Assembly (NCBI GenBank): GCA_040386315.1
Contig: JAZKFS010000020.1
Coordinates: 4,620-68,619 of the forward strand
Origin: Bacteroidota bacterium
Lineage (GTDB): Bacteria > Bacteroidota > Ignavibacteria > Kapaibacteriales > DASPKH01
Length of the DNA: 64,000 bases
Reading direction: 5' to 3'
This document shows positions 49,854 to 59,247 of this stretch, in pieces. The translations under genes were made by a program, and so were the position numbers. The notes beneath the pieces are model-generated. The model saw nothing but the letters and a program-made list of their open reading frames with translations. It did no database searches and was not told where the DNA came from. Within the stretch, counting starts at the first letter, position 1, and the number at the start of each line of letters is the position of its first letter.

Positions 49854-51950
49854 ATGAAAATACGCTTTCTTTTTCTATTCCTACTATGTTCAGTATTGAC
49901 GCCGGCTTATTCGCAGAATAAAATCTACTGGCAGGAAAATTTTGATAAAAATGAGCGGGGATGGCTGACCGGAGACCGCGGTATTTTCTCTGGAAAGATA
50001 GAAAACGGAAAGTATATTTTCACTCAAAAGAGGGAAGGTTCGTTTGGGTTTCAATTTAAAAGTGTTCCTCTTGATCCTGACAAGGATTTCACCATTGAGT
50101 CGGTGATCACGCAAATTGAAGGTACAGATAATAATGGATTTGGAATTGTCTGGGGCGCTCTTGATATAAACAACTTTAATATTTGCCTCGCCAAGAGTAA
50201 CAGCATGTACGCTGTATTTATAGTGCGGGATGGCAGATTGCAGGTTATTAAAGACTGGACAAAAGCTGATTTTGTAAAGCCGACGGGAGAAAAGAATACT
50301 TTTAAAATTATCCAAAAAGGGAAGAATCTGCAATTCCTTTTAAATGATAGCGAGGCATTTTCGGGACAGGCGCCCAAGTTTGCAGGCACGAATCTGGGGA
50401 TAATTACCCTGACTGCGATGACAATAGCATGTGAAGGGATCACGGTAAAACAGGATAATCCTATTAATGTTGTTCCTAAAATAAAAAAGGGAGTTTTAAA
50501 AGAAAATCTGGGTGAAAATATTAACAATCAGTATGAGCAGGTTGTGCCGGTCATAGCGCCGGATGGAAACACGCTTTATTGGTCAACGAGCTTTTCCCCT
50601 GAAAATACCGGCGGGGCATTAGATGGAGAGGAAATATGGTATTCAACCTTACAGAACGGAAAGTGGAGTAAATATAAGAATATTGGCAGGCCTTTGAATA
50701 ACAGGGAGCCGAATTGGGTGATCTCCGTAACACCCGATAATAACACCATGCTGATAGCCAATCAATATCGAGCAAACGGTGAGTCCAATGGTGGCGGCCT
50801 TTCTCAGACGCATCGAACAAAAGACGGCTGGAGTCTTCCTGAAAATGTCAATATTAAAAATCTGGACAATCGCGGTACTTCCTATAATTTCTGCCTTTCT
50901 AATGACCGAAAAATTCTTCTCATGACAATAAAGCGCGGCGATACGTACGGCGGTAATGATGTGTATGTATGTTTTTTGCAGGCGGACGGATCGTGGTCTG
51001 AACCAAAAAATTTAGGAAAGACGATCAATACATTTGCTGATGAACTCACGCCATTCCTGGCAGCGGATGGTATTACGCTTTACTACAGTTCGATGGCAAA
51101 ACCCGGCTATGGCGATGCAGATATTTTTATGTCCAAACGGCTTGATGATTCCTGGACAAACTGGAGCGAACCTAAGAATTTAGGCCCTGAGATCAATTCA
51201 CCAATGAGAGATGCCGGTTTTACTCTGACTGCTTCCGGTGAATATGGCTACCTGACATCTTCCAGCAATTCGCTTGGCGGTAGTGATATTTTTAGAATGA
51301 AAATACCCGATGCGATTAAACCAGAGCCTGTTGTGCTGGTATATGGGAAGGTTTTAAATAGTAAAACGAAAGAACCGCTTGAGACAAATATCATCTATCG
51401 CGAACTTTCTACGGATAAGGAAGTCGGCCTTGCACGCTCTAATCCAAGCGACGGAAGCTACAAAATCATCCTCCCGGCAGGACGCGCGTATAGCTTTCTC
51501 GGAGCAAAAGAGAATTTCTATTCCATCAGTGAAAATTTTGACGTAAAAAAACTTTTAAAGTACAAGGAAATTGAAAAAAATCTATTTTTAACTCCCGTGG
51601 AAGTCGGCGCAACAATCCTTTTAAACAATATTTTCTTTGATTTTGGAAAAGCTGTTCTGCGCTCTGAATCATTTCCTGAACTCGCCCGCGCGGTAGATTT
51701 TTTAAAACTCAACCCACAGATCAGCGTGGAAGTGAACGGCCATACGGACAATGTTGGCAATGACGCTAACAATCAAAAGCTCTCGGAAGACCGCGCAAAA
51801 GCTGTCGCAGATTATCTCGTTTCTAAAAATATCCCACGCGAACGGATTTCTTCAAAAGGGTACGGAAAAACCAAGCCAATTAAAACCAATGATACAGAAG
51901 AAAATCGCCAGTTTAACCGCCGTGTGGAGTTTACGATTTTAAAGAAATAG
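49854..51950 (+). CDS. OmpA-family protein with TolB-like beta-propeller repeats and carboxypeptidase-regulatory-like domain
   Basis: PDGNTLYWS / DGITLYYSS repeats; C-terminal OmpA domain VEVNGHTDNVGNDANNQKLSEDRAKAVADYL. Confidence 0.8.
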   Translation: MKIRFLFLFLLCSVLTPAYSQNKIYWQENFDKNERGWLTGDRGIFSGKIENGKYIFTQKREGSFGFQFKSVPLDPDKDFTIESVITQIEGTDNNGFGIVWGALDINNFNICLAKSNSMYAVFIVRDGRLQVIKDWTKADFVKPTGEKNTFKIIQKGKNLQFLLNDSEAFSGQAPKFAGTNLGIITLTAMTIACEGITVKQDNPINVVPKIKKGVLKENLGENINNQYEQVVPVIAPDGNTLYWSTSFSPENTGGALDGEEIWYSTLQNGKWSKYKNIGRPLNNREPNWVISVTPDNNTMLIANQYRANGESNGGGLSQTHRTKDGWSLPENVNIKNLDNRGTSYNFCLSNDRKILLMTIKRGDTYGGNDVYVCFLQADGSWSEPKNLGKTINTFADELTPFLAADGITLYYSSMAKPGYGDADIFMSKRLDDSWTNWSEPKNLGPEINSPMRDAGFTLTASGEYGYLTSSSNSLGGSDIFRMKIPDAIKPEPVVLVYGKVLNSKTKEPLETNIIYRELSTDKEVGLARSNPSDGSYKIILPAGRAYSFLGAKENFYSISENFDVKKLLKYKEIEKNLFLTPVEVGATILLNNIFFDFGKAVLRSESFPELARAVDFLKLNPQISVEVNGHTDNVGNDANNQKLSEDRAKAVADYLVSKNIPRERISSKGYGKTKPIKTNDTEENRQFNRRVEFTILKK

Positions 51951-51961
51951 CATTAAAATAA

Positions 51962-51993
51962 AAAAGGCAGGTTTTTACAAGATCTGCCTTTTC
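51962..51993. terminator. bidirectional terminator
   Basis: AAGGCAG-gtttttacaagat-CTGCCTT with flanking A/T runs between convergent genes. Confidence 0.6.
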
Positions 51994-52005
51994 TTGTTTT
52001 AAAAC

Positions 52006-52545
52006 CTAATCATGCTTCGTATAAATCAGTTTCGTCGTGTCAAATCCGCTTGATTGTGCAATTCCCACAAGCTGATTTTTCACAACATCATTCATCTGCG
52101 GCGTGCGTGAGAGCAGCCATAAATACTCACGGCTCGGCGTTCCTACAAGCGCGTGCTGGTAATTCTCGTCCACATATAAAATCCAGTAATCTCCGCTGAA
52201 TGGCCAGAAAAATGTGACTTTTAATTTCGAATTCGTTGTTTTGTCCACGACTTCAGCTTTTCCTTCCACATCTTCCATTTCACCATCGCTTTTTAAACAT
52301 TTATTATACACTTTTATCGTGCCGTCGTCATTGAGCGAATATTCGGCGAATGTATTGCGGCAGCCGGATTCCTCGCGGAAAGGCAGGCGCGCGACTTCAT
52401 ACCATTTCCCGGTATATTTCTTTAAATCTACATTTTTTGCGGTTTCAAGCGGCGGATACTTGTCGTCCTTTTTTAAAAGAAAATACGAGCCGGCGAAAAT
52501 TGCCGCAGCCGCCGAACCCATGATAATTTTATTCCGTGTTTTCAT
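52006..52545 (-). CDS. bacterial lipocalin (Blc-like)
   Basis: KYTGKWYEVARLP...SREYLWLLSR motifs of Blc. Confidence 0.8.
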   Translation of the reverse strand: MKTRNKIIMGSAAAAIFAGSYFLLKKDDKYPPLETAKNVDLKKYTGKWYEVARLPFREESGCRNTFAEYSLNDDGTIKVYNKCLKSDGEMEDVEGKAEVVDKTTNSKLKVTFFWPFSGDYWILYVDENYQHALVGTPSREYLWLLSRTPQMNDVVKNQLVGIAQSSGFDTTKLIYTKHD

Positions 52546-52633
52546 TGTTTTTTAAAAGTCGTTTTTAAAAGTTTGTACGGAAACGTTATTTTGGCATAAA
52601 GTATTCCGCACTTTTCAGAAATCTTTTAAAAAC

Positions 52634-53020
52634 ATGAGCAGAAAAAACATCTCCAGCGGCGCTCCGTGGGAAGCAACTGTCGGGTATTCACGCGCTGTAA
52701 AAGTCGGAAATTTAATTTTTGTGGCGGGAACGACTGCAACAAATTTTGACGGGGAAATTGTTGGAATTGGTAATGCGTATGAGCAAGCTGTTTTCGTTTT
52801 AAAAAAGATTGAAACAGCTTTAAAAGAAGCTGATGCGTCTTTTAAAAACGTCGTTCGCACGCGGATTTTTGTGAAAAATATGGACGACTGGGAAAGTATC
52901 GGACGCGCTCACGGCGAGGTTGAAGTCCGTGCGCGTGTCAGCGTCGTCGTCGTTGAGGTGAGCCGGTTTATACACAATGATATTTTGGTGGAAATTGAAG
53001 TTGATGCGGTGATTGATTAA
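52634..53020 (+). CDS. RidA/YjgF-family protein
   Basis: YSRAVKVGNLIFVAGT...RTRIFV...; 128 aa. Confidence 0.8.
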   Translation: MSRKNISSGAPWEATVGYSRAVKVGNLIFVAGTTATNFDGEIVGIGNAYEQAVFVLKKIETALKEADASFKNVVRTRIFVKNMDDWESIGRAHGEVEVRARVSVVVVEVSRFIHNDILVEIEVDAVID

Positions 53021-53039
53021 GTCGTTTTTTTAAAACGAA

Positions 53040-53076
53040 AAAAGGTTTTAAAAGAATTGCTCTTTTAAAACCTTTT
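53040..53076. terminator. bidirectional terminator: perfect 15-bp inverted repeat built around TTTTAAAA
   Basis: AAAAGGTTTTAAAAG-aattgct-CTTTTAAAACCTTTT. Confidence 0.65.
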
Positions 53077-53102
53077 GCTTTTTAGAATCTATTTTTAAAA
53101 AC

Positions 53103-53477
53103 TTAGTCCAGCATCAGTTCCGGCATTGCAAAATGCTTTTCGGTTGCGCGGTGGAGAGCTGTTTCTGTGATGTACGAGTGAGAGTCATTCCACACTGCCG
53201 CGCCATCTTTAAGCAAAATGACCTGCGGGCTTTCGTGGCGGACGTTTAAATGTTCTGCGGCTTTATTTGAAGCGGGGCGCGCTGCCTGAACGGTAATCAC
53301 GTAGTGCTCTACGTCATCGTGCGCGTTTTGGAAATACGAATGAAATTCGTCAAAAGCATTGGCGCTGACAGGACATGTCACGCTGTGTTTAAAAAGCACA
53401 ATCGGCTTTTGGTGTGATTTTTCCATCACGTTGTTGAATTCTTCGATTGTACGAATCTGAGTAATGCTTTTGTTCAT
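53103..53477 (-). CDS. YtxJ-like thioredoxin-fold protein (bacillithiol-system associated)
   Basis: FKHSVTCPVS motif and size match the YtxJ family. Confidence 0.65.
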   Translation of the reverse strand: MNKSITQIRTIEEFNNVMEKSHQKPIVLFKHSVTCPVSANAFDEFHSYFQNAHDDVEHYVITVQAARPASNKAAEHLNVRHESPQVILLKDGAAVWNDSHSYITETALHRATEKHFAMPELMLD

Positions 53478-53572
53478 AAGCCCCTGGGAGGAAAAAGGTT
53501 TATAAAAATTTTCACATAAAAAAAGCAGAACAACTGCTTAAATTGTTCTGCTCTAACGATTTCCGATTTTCT

Positions 53573-56248
53573 TTATTGTTTTTCGCTTCCGAACATCATC
53601 ATTGGAGCCTGCTGCTGATTTTGCTTTCCTTCCAAAGCCAGCTTAATATCCTGCAAAATATGCTCGCGGTGCGCCGCAGTTTCTACGTCGCCGCCTTTTG
53701 CCGATGCCAGCATTTTCTGGATATTCTTAAGCGAATAGAGAGCCATGCTTTGCGAAGGATTGTCATATTGCCCCCACATAGCCCTTCCTTTTACCATGTC
53801 AATCAGGTCGCCAACGTATTCGAGCTGCAGATTCTGGCGGAATGTATTGACCGCGCTCTTCGCATCATCTTTAAAAATTGCATTCGTGAGATCAGTCATG
53901 TACTCGCCGAGAGTATATTGATTGCCATAATTTTTTGTGTCATTAATTCTTTTTAAAACAACAGGACTGGTCAGGTGCATGAGAACACCGCGCTGCATAT
54001 TCAAAGCCCGGTCATAAATTTTCGGGTCGCTGCCAACGTTGAATCCACGGCGCTGCGGCTGTAGATATGCGTATAGTCCATCCCAGCTTTTAAAAGCATC
54101 CGGCGCAAAAAGATGTTTTGAAATTGCTGTCATCGCGCGCTTCTGGTCTGCATATGGAACAGGCGTATATGGCTGGGTTGCGCCCGGCTGGCCGATCATC
54201 GAACGGTCGATATACACGCCGCCGATGTAGCGGGAAATAATTCCCGCCGCTTCAGCTTTTTGTGATGACATCCAGAAGAATGCATCACGCATGTCATGAT
54301 ATGATTTGCCGGGTTCGGAATAGCGCGTTTTTACTGTTTTTAAAAGCGTGTCAACGAACTGCATTCTTTCGACCGAATAGCTGATGGCATCGCCGGACAT
54401 ATCACCGATCATGACGCGCGGGTCTATTCCGCTGTAACCCGGAACGCGCATGTCGTCGGCATCATTTCCAAAGGTCAGCTGTGGGTCGGATGAACGTGCG
54501 AGGATTCCGGCCAGGCGAATTTTTTCCGCTTCTTCGCTTTCGCTTGCAGGCGAGTAGCCGAATTCAATTGCCCAATTGTCGTACGGCCCGGGCGTCGTTG
54601 TGAAATACTGTCCCTGGTTAGATTTGTCAAGTGCAAGGTTCACGGCAGGATAGTCCATCACCGAACCCGTTAGACCAACTTCCGCTGTGCGTGCAGCATT
54701 GTGAATATCAGCAGGCATCCAGATCTGGCTTGATTTCATGTTGTGGTTCAAGCCCATTGTGTGGCCCATTTCATGCAGTACAAGGTAGTAGAGAGATTGT
54801 TTTAAAAACTCGCTTTGCTCCACTTCAGAAAGGCTTCGCGCTTTTAAAGCCGCTTTGCCGAAAAGTGACTGCATGCGCACATAATCTCCTGCGGCGCATC
54901 CTTTGCTGTGGTTGTGGAATTTCTCGAATTCTTCATAGCTTTTAAAAGTGCCGCTTTTCATTGCATCGTAGGCATCCATGTGGGAAAGCCCCGCACGGTC
55001 AAACAGCTTTTCCGAAGCTGTGCGGTTCACCATATAGACATATTCGAGCATGATGTCAGCACCAAGGATTTGTCCCGTGCGCGGGTTTGCAAAGCTCGGG
55101 CCGTAGCCGCCAAACGGAGGATTCGGCGAAGACGTCCAGCGGAGCACATTGTAGCGAATATCGCCCGCATCCCAGTCCGCATCGTCCGGCTGCACTTTCA
55201 TCACCACCGCGTTTTTAAAACCTGCTTTTTCAAACGCTTTATTCCAAGCGTTCCCGGCGTCGATAATCGTCTGACGGAATTCCACTGGCGTTGTATTTTC
55301 CACCCACCACGTAATTGGCTCAACAGGTTCGGAAAGAGCTGCGGTCGGGTCTTTTTTCACAAGATTCCAGCGGTTGATTACATCGCGATACGGCGTAACA
55401 CTTGCTGATGTCATGTCATCAACCTGCTGTCCAAAGTATCCAACTCGCGGGTCGTCGTAGCGCGGTTTAAAATCATTTTTCGGCGCTTCAAGCAGCGTGT
55501 GCTGGACCTTTACACTCACGTAGCGGTCGTCCGTTACCTCAGAGCCGCCGCTTACCATCGGATACGGATTTTCGTACACATACTCGGAAACGACATTCGT
55601 ATTTTCAGGATAGTTTTTTAAAGAAACATATTTCGTTTTTTCGCGGCTGAGATGCCCGAGATTAAAGAACATCTGTCCCATCATTCCCGGCCACGGCGAA
55701 GGTTTGATCTGCGAGATATTTTCTGTTAAAAAGAGATCGTCCGCTTTTATCAGGAACTCAGCCTTATTAGAATCCTGCGCTGCAATTCGCTGCGACATGA
55801 ACGGCGATTTGCTGATATTCGCTCCCGCCGCTTTTGAAATCGCGTTATTCGGGTCAAAGTAGAAATTCGGATTTTCGGTTGTAAATTCAATCCGGTCATA
55901 ATATTTATTCACCGAAAAAATCTTGCTGTCGCGGTACACGCCACGGTTCAGCCACAGCGACGCAGGACCGTCAACGGTTTGGCTGAAATAAATAAACTCC
56001 TTCCCGATCTGGTCTTTTTTCACGAGCAGGTACGCCGAACCCGATACGGTGTCCTGATAAATCGTGAAAAGCCCGTCAATTTTGCGGCAGGATTTCACCG
56101 TTTCCCCGATGCTTTTCGGCTTGTCGCCCTTGCCGCCGCCCATCATGGACATATCGCCCCCGCCACCTTCGAACATAAACGGCGGCTGAGCCTGAGTAGC
56201 ACACGCGCCAAGCGACAGCGCTGCAACTATGGAAAGAAGTTTTTTCAT
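53573..56248 (-). CDS. secreted Zn-dependent metalloprotease (DUF5117/DUF4953 family)
   Basis: lipoprotein-type signal (LSLGACATQ), HEMGHTMGLNHN zinc motif, 891 aa. Confidence 0.8.
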   Translation of the reverse strand: MKKLLSIVAALSLGACATQAQPPFMFEGGGGDMSMMGGGKGDKPKSIGETVKSCRKIDGLFTIYQDTVSGSAYLLVKKDQIGKEFIYFSQTVDGPASLWLNRGVYRDSKIFSVNKYYDRIEFTTENPNFYFDPNNAISKAAGANISKSPFMSQRIAAQDSNKAEFLIKADDLFLTENISQIKPSPWPGMMGQMFFNLGHLSREKTKYVSLKNYPENTNVVSEYVYENPYPMVSGGSEVTDDRYVSVKVQHTLLEAPKNDFKPRYDDPRVGYFGQQVDDMTSASVTPYRDVINRWNLVKKDPTAALSEPVEPITWWVENTTPVEFRQTIIDAGNAWNKAFEKAGFKNAVVMKVQPDDADWDAGDIRYNVLRWTSSPNPPFGGYGPSFANPRTGQILGADIMLEYVYMVNRTASEKLFDRAGLSHMDAYDAMKSGTFKSYEEFEKFHNHSKGCAAGDYVRMQSLFGKAALKARSLSEVEQSEFLKQSLYYLVLHEMGHTMGLNHNMKSSQIWMPADIHNAARTAEVGLTGSVMDYPAVNLALDKSNQGQYFTTTPGPYDNWAIEFGYSPASESEEAEKIRLAGILARSSDPQLTFGNDADDMRVPGYSGIDPRVMIGDMSGDAISYSVERMQFVDTLLKTVKTRYSEPGKSYHDMRDAFFWMSSQKAEAAGIISRYIGGVYIDRSMIGQPGATQPYTPVPYADQKRAMTAISKHLFAPDAFKSWDGLYAYLQPQRRGFNVGSDPKIYDRALNMQRGVLMHLTSPVVLKRINDTKNYGNQYTLGEYMTDLTNAIFKDDAKSAVNTFRQNLQLEYVGDLIDMVKGRAMWGQYDNPSQSMALYSLKNIQKMLASAKGGDVETAAHREHILQDIKLALEGKQNQQQAPMMMFGSEKQ

Positions 56249-56405
56249 AGCGAAAACCTTTTTAAAAGAAATATGAAGAAGCGAAGTGTGTGGCTTTTTA
56301 AAAAACGAGCAGACGTAAAATATGAAAGAAGAGTTTTTAAAACAAATTTATTTTGTTAAATAATTGTGAATATTTTAAAAACTCTTCCCAATATCCGTAA
56401 ATATA

Positions 56406-59120
56406 TCAATCTACTAAAATTACGGAATATGTTATAGCGCTACCTGTATGCTGATTTAAAAGAGTATAGAAATATGCTCCAACCGGAAGACTGCTCATGG
56501 GAATTGCCAGCTTGCCAGAATATGCCTCCGCTGTCGTTTTAAAAACTACCTTTCCCAGAATATCAGAACAGGATATGCTGTACAAGCATTTATCTGTCGT
56601 ACTGCACTCATCCTGGAGCATAAATGTAACATTTTTGTCCGCACTTTTTGAGAATGGATTTGGATAAATGAAGCCCGCACGGAGCGTATCCTGTGGAATT
56701 TCAACATCGGTCTTTTTAAAAGTTGTTATTGGTTTTAAAATGATATTATCTGCCAATAAACTGTATTCAAAACCTTTTGGATTTTTACCGACACTTTTAA
56801 AAGTAATTGTGTGGTTACCTTTTTTAAGGAAAATACTACTGTCAATAAGAATTTCCGGTGAACGGATCGGGTGTCCGAAATCCAAATCAACATACCCGTC
56901 AAAATACGCCAATGGAATACTGTCTATTTGGATTTCATACTGTCCATAGCGTGAACCCATTGTTAAAAAGGTTGATAGTCGAAATGTATCTGTATCGGGA
57001 AGGGAAAATATAAAGGTGACATGTCCTCCACTATCCGGATAAAAAAAGAAAGCATTTTGTTGACTCCACTTTTCGTAACTCCAGTAGCCCAAACTAGTAC
57101 TCGGCTCTCCAACTCCCGATACCATTTCCTTTACGGTCATGTCTTCTATTTCATAATTAAGGGTTCTCGTTTTAAAAAATGTATTAAGGGAAAGTACTGT
57201 AAGGCCATTGGAAGTCACACCTTCAACATGGTAATATCCTGTGTCAATTTGTGGGATCGTAACATATGTTTGAAAAGAATACGAGGAATCAGCCTTTGCA
57301 GAGCCACAATGAATTCCATTTACATACAGCTTAATATTTTCATTAAGTGCAAATCCTTTCCCGATTATAGCTAAGGTATCACCGTGATATAACCCATGAG
57401 GCAATGAATCCTTACGGCAATACATAAGAGGGCTATTTAATATCGCAATCTTATGTGTGTATTTTTCATTATTAATTTCAAGATCATATAATCCGGCTTT
57501 AAAAATATCTGAGACTGTTGTAGTAATTTTAAAAGCTCCTTTGTCATCACACTGAGCTGAAAATATTTCTACTCCATTAAGTTTTCCTATTACCTGCTCC
57601 TGAAAATCATATCCACTCCCGGCAATTTGCCATGTCTGGTCAGATACAATTGTATCGGTGTTAGTCCAGTAGCGCGTCCATTGTTTATAAAATAATCCAA
57701 CAGTTCTATAAGGCGCCGGAAAATCGTTACTTACTCCATGTTCCCAATCTATATCCAAGGACTTTTTAAAATCAATAGCATCCAGGCAATGAAACCTGTA
57801 CATAAATTTTAAATGTGTCGGGCAGCCGGCAAATGGTAGTGCAAATGCCCCATCAAAAAAATACCATCCACCATTGAAATAATCTTCTGTGCCCGGATAT
57901 TCCATATAATTTTTAGGCATTGAATCTATGGTGATGTGTGGATTGCCTTCGAGATACGTTGGAAGGTTTTTGCCTTTTTGACGGACATCCATGATAGTTC
58001 CTATGTACCGTCCTTGTCCTCTTGTCTTGGCAACCTGATGATAAACTTTATATTTTGCCTTATCTATGGAATTAAATTGAGCAAAGAAATATCCGTGCTT
58101 TTGTATATCAATTTTTTTATCAAAGTATTCAACCTTACTTTCAATTTTAACATTTTTCCTACCTCTGTTAATAAGACGGAGATGAGCATTAACAGCAAAT
58201 GGCATGGGAAAATAAGCAGTAAGGCCTGAATCTATAGAAGCATGGATATAGTATGATGTAATATTGCGCAGACTATCCGATACCAAAAAGAAATCACTGA
58301 CCGGAACATCTACGGCAGGATACGGCGAATTATCCCAGAAGATCTGCAAAATCAGGCTATCTGCTATTAAATCTTTGTAACTATCTAATTTCAGATGTAT
58401 AGCGCTAATGATTCCACTTTTATTAATATCTGCTAATAGTAGCGTATCTGAGTATTTCATAGATTTTGATTGGATAGCGGAAGCCATCTCTACACTATAC
58501 TCAGGTTGTCTCCTTTCCCATGCATCTTCGGCTATTTTCTGCTGTAGCGCTAGTTCCGTTGTAGTATCCATGGTAAAGCGAGGGGGCGTTATCTCAAGTG
58601 GTAAAGGGCGCCATGAAACAGCCCAGAACAAACACCAGGGCGGTGAGTTTGATGTAATATAAATACGGAACTTACTTTGGTATGCCATCTGCACATTACA
58701 TATTATTCCTCCCGACATCATTGTATCTAAAGGTGCTCGGAGTAACCCGTGATTATTTTTTGAAAACAAATCTAATGTTTCTGAAATAACAAGTTTATCA
58801 TCAATCCAGATATTTATAGTGTCATCTAATATCACACCGGGATTTGTCCAATCGAAAGTAAGCCATATATGAGTTATTATCCCCGAGCCCGAATCCTGTA
58901 TATTACGCGCACTCGGGCTTATTCCGCTTGAAAATTTCTGCGGATACAGCGAATCAATATAGGTAATGGCCAATGGGTCGGTAAGGCGCTGATACGGATT
59001 GATTTGTCCATAAAGAGCACAAGAAGTGAAATACAGGAATGCAGTAAGGCATATTTGCCGGATACATTTATTTTTCATTGAGATTAGCGTGCTTTTAAAA
59101 GAAGTAGAGATAAGCTGCAA
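56406..59120 (-). CDS. large T9SS cargo protein, unknown function (AT-rich)
   Basis: Signal peptide (probable real start MKNKCIRQICLTAFLYFTSCALYGQ at 59078). C-terminal ...ILGKVVFKTTAEAYSGKLAIPMSSLPVGAYFYTLLNQ... CTD. Confidence 0.7.
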   Translation of the reverse strand: MQLISTSFKSTLISMKNKCIRQICLTAFLYFTSCALYGQINPYQRLTDPLAITYIDSLYPQKFSSGISPSARNIQDSGSGIITHIWLTFDWTNPGVILDDTINIWIDDKLVISETLDLFSKNNHGLLRAPLDTMMSGGIICNVQMAYQSKFRIYITSNSPPWCLFWAVSWRPLPLEITPPRFTMDTTTELALQQKIAEDAWERRQPEYSVEMASAIQSKSMKYSDTLLLADINKSGIISAIHLKLDSYKDLIADSLILQIFWDNSPYPAVDVPVSDFFLVSDSLRNITSYYIHASIDSGLTAYFPMPFAVNAHLRLINRGRKNVKIESKVEYFDKKIDIQKHGYFFAQFNSIDKAKYKVYHQVAKTRGQGRYIGTIMDVRQKGKNLPTYLEGNPHITIDSMPKNYMEYPGTEDYFNGGWYFFDGAFALPFAGCPTHLKFMYRFHCLDAIDFKKSLDIDWEHGVSNDFPAPYRTVGLFYKQWTRYWTNTDTIVSDQTWQIAGSGYDFQEQVIGKLNGVEIFSAQCDDKGAFKITTTVSDIFKAGLYDLEINNEKYTHKIAILNSPLMYCRKDSLPHGLYHGDTLAIIGKGFALNENIKLYVNGIHCGSAKADSSYSFQTYVTIPQIDTGYYHVEGVTSNGLTVLSLNTFFKTRTLNYEIEDMTVKEMVSGVGEPSTSLGYWSYEKWSQQNAFFFYPDSGGHVTFIFSLPDTDTFRLSTFLTMGSRYGQYEIQIDSIPLAYFDGYVDLDFGHPIRSPEILIDSSIFLKKGNHTITFKSVGKNPKGFEYSLLADNIILKPITTFKKTDVEIPQDTLRAGFIYPNPFSKSADKNVTFMLQDECSTTDKCLYSISCSDILGKVVFKTTAEAYSGKLAIPMSSLPVGAYFYTLLNQHTGSAITYSVILVD

Positions 59121-59247
59121 GATATGAAATAGTTTTTAAAAACCAATATTCCAGAACTCTTTTTAAAAGCCGATTCAGCTATTTCTCATAATTTTGCTTT
59201 TAAAACGTCACTGCATTCTTTTAAAAACCACCTGACTCTAAACCCAA

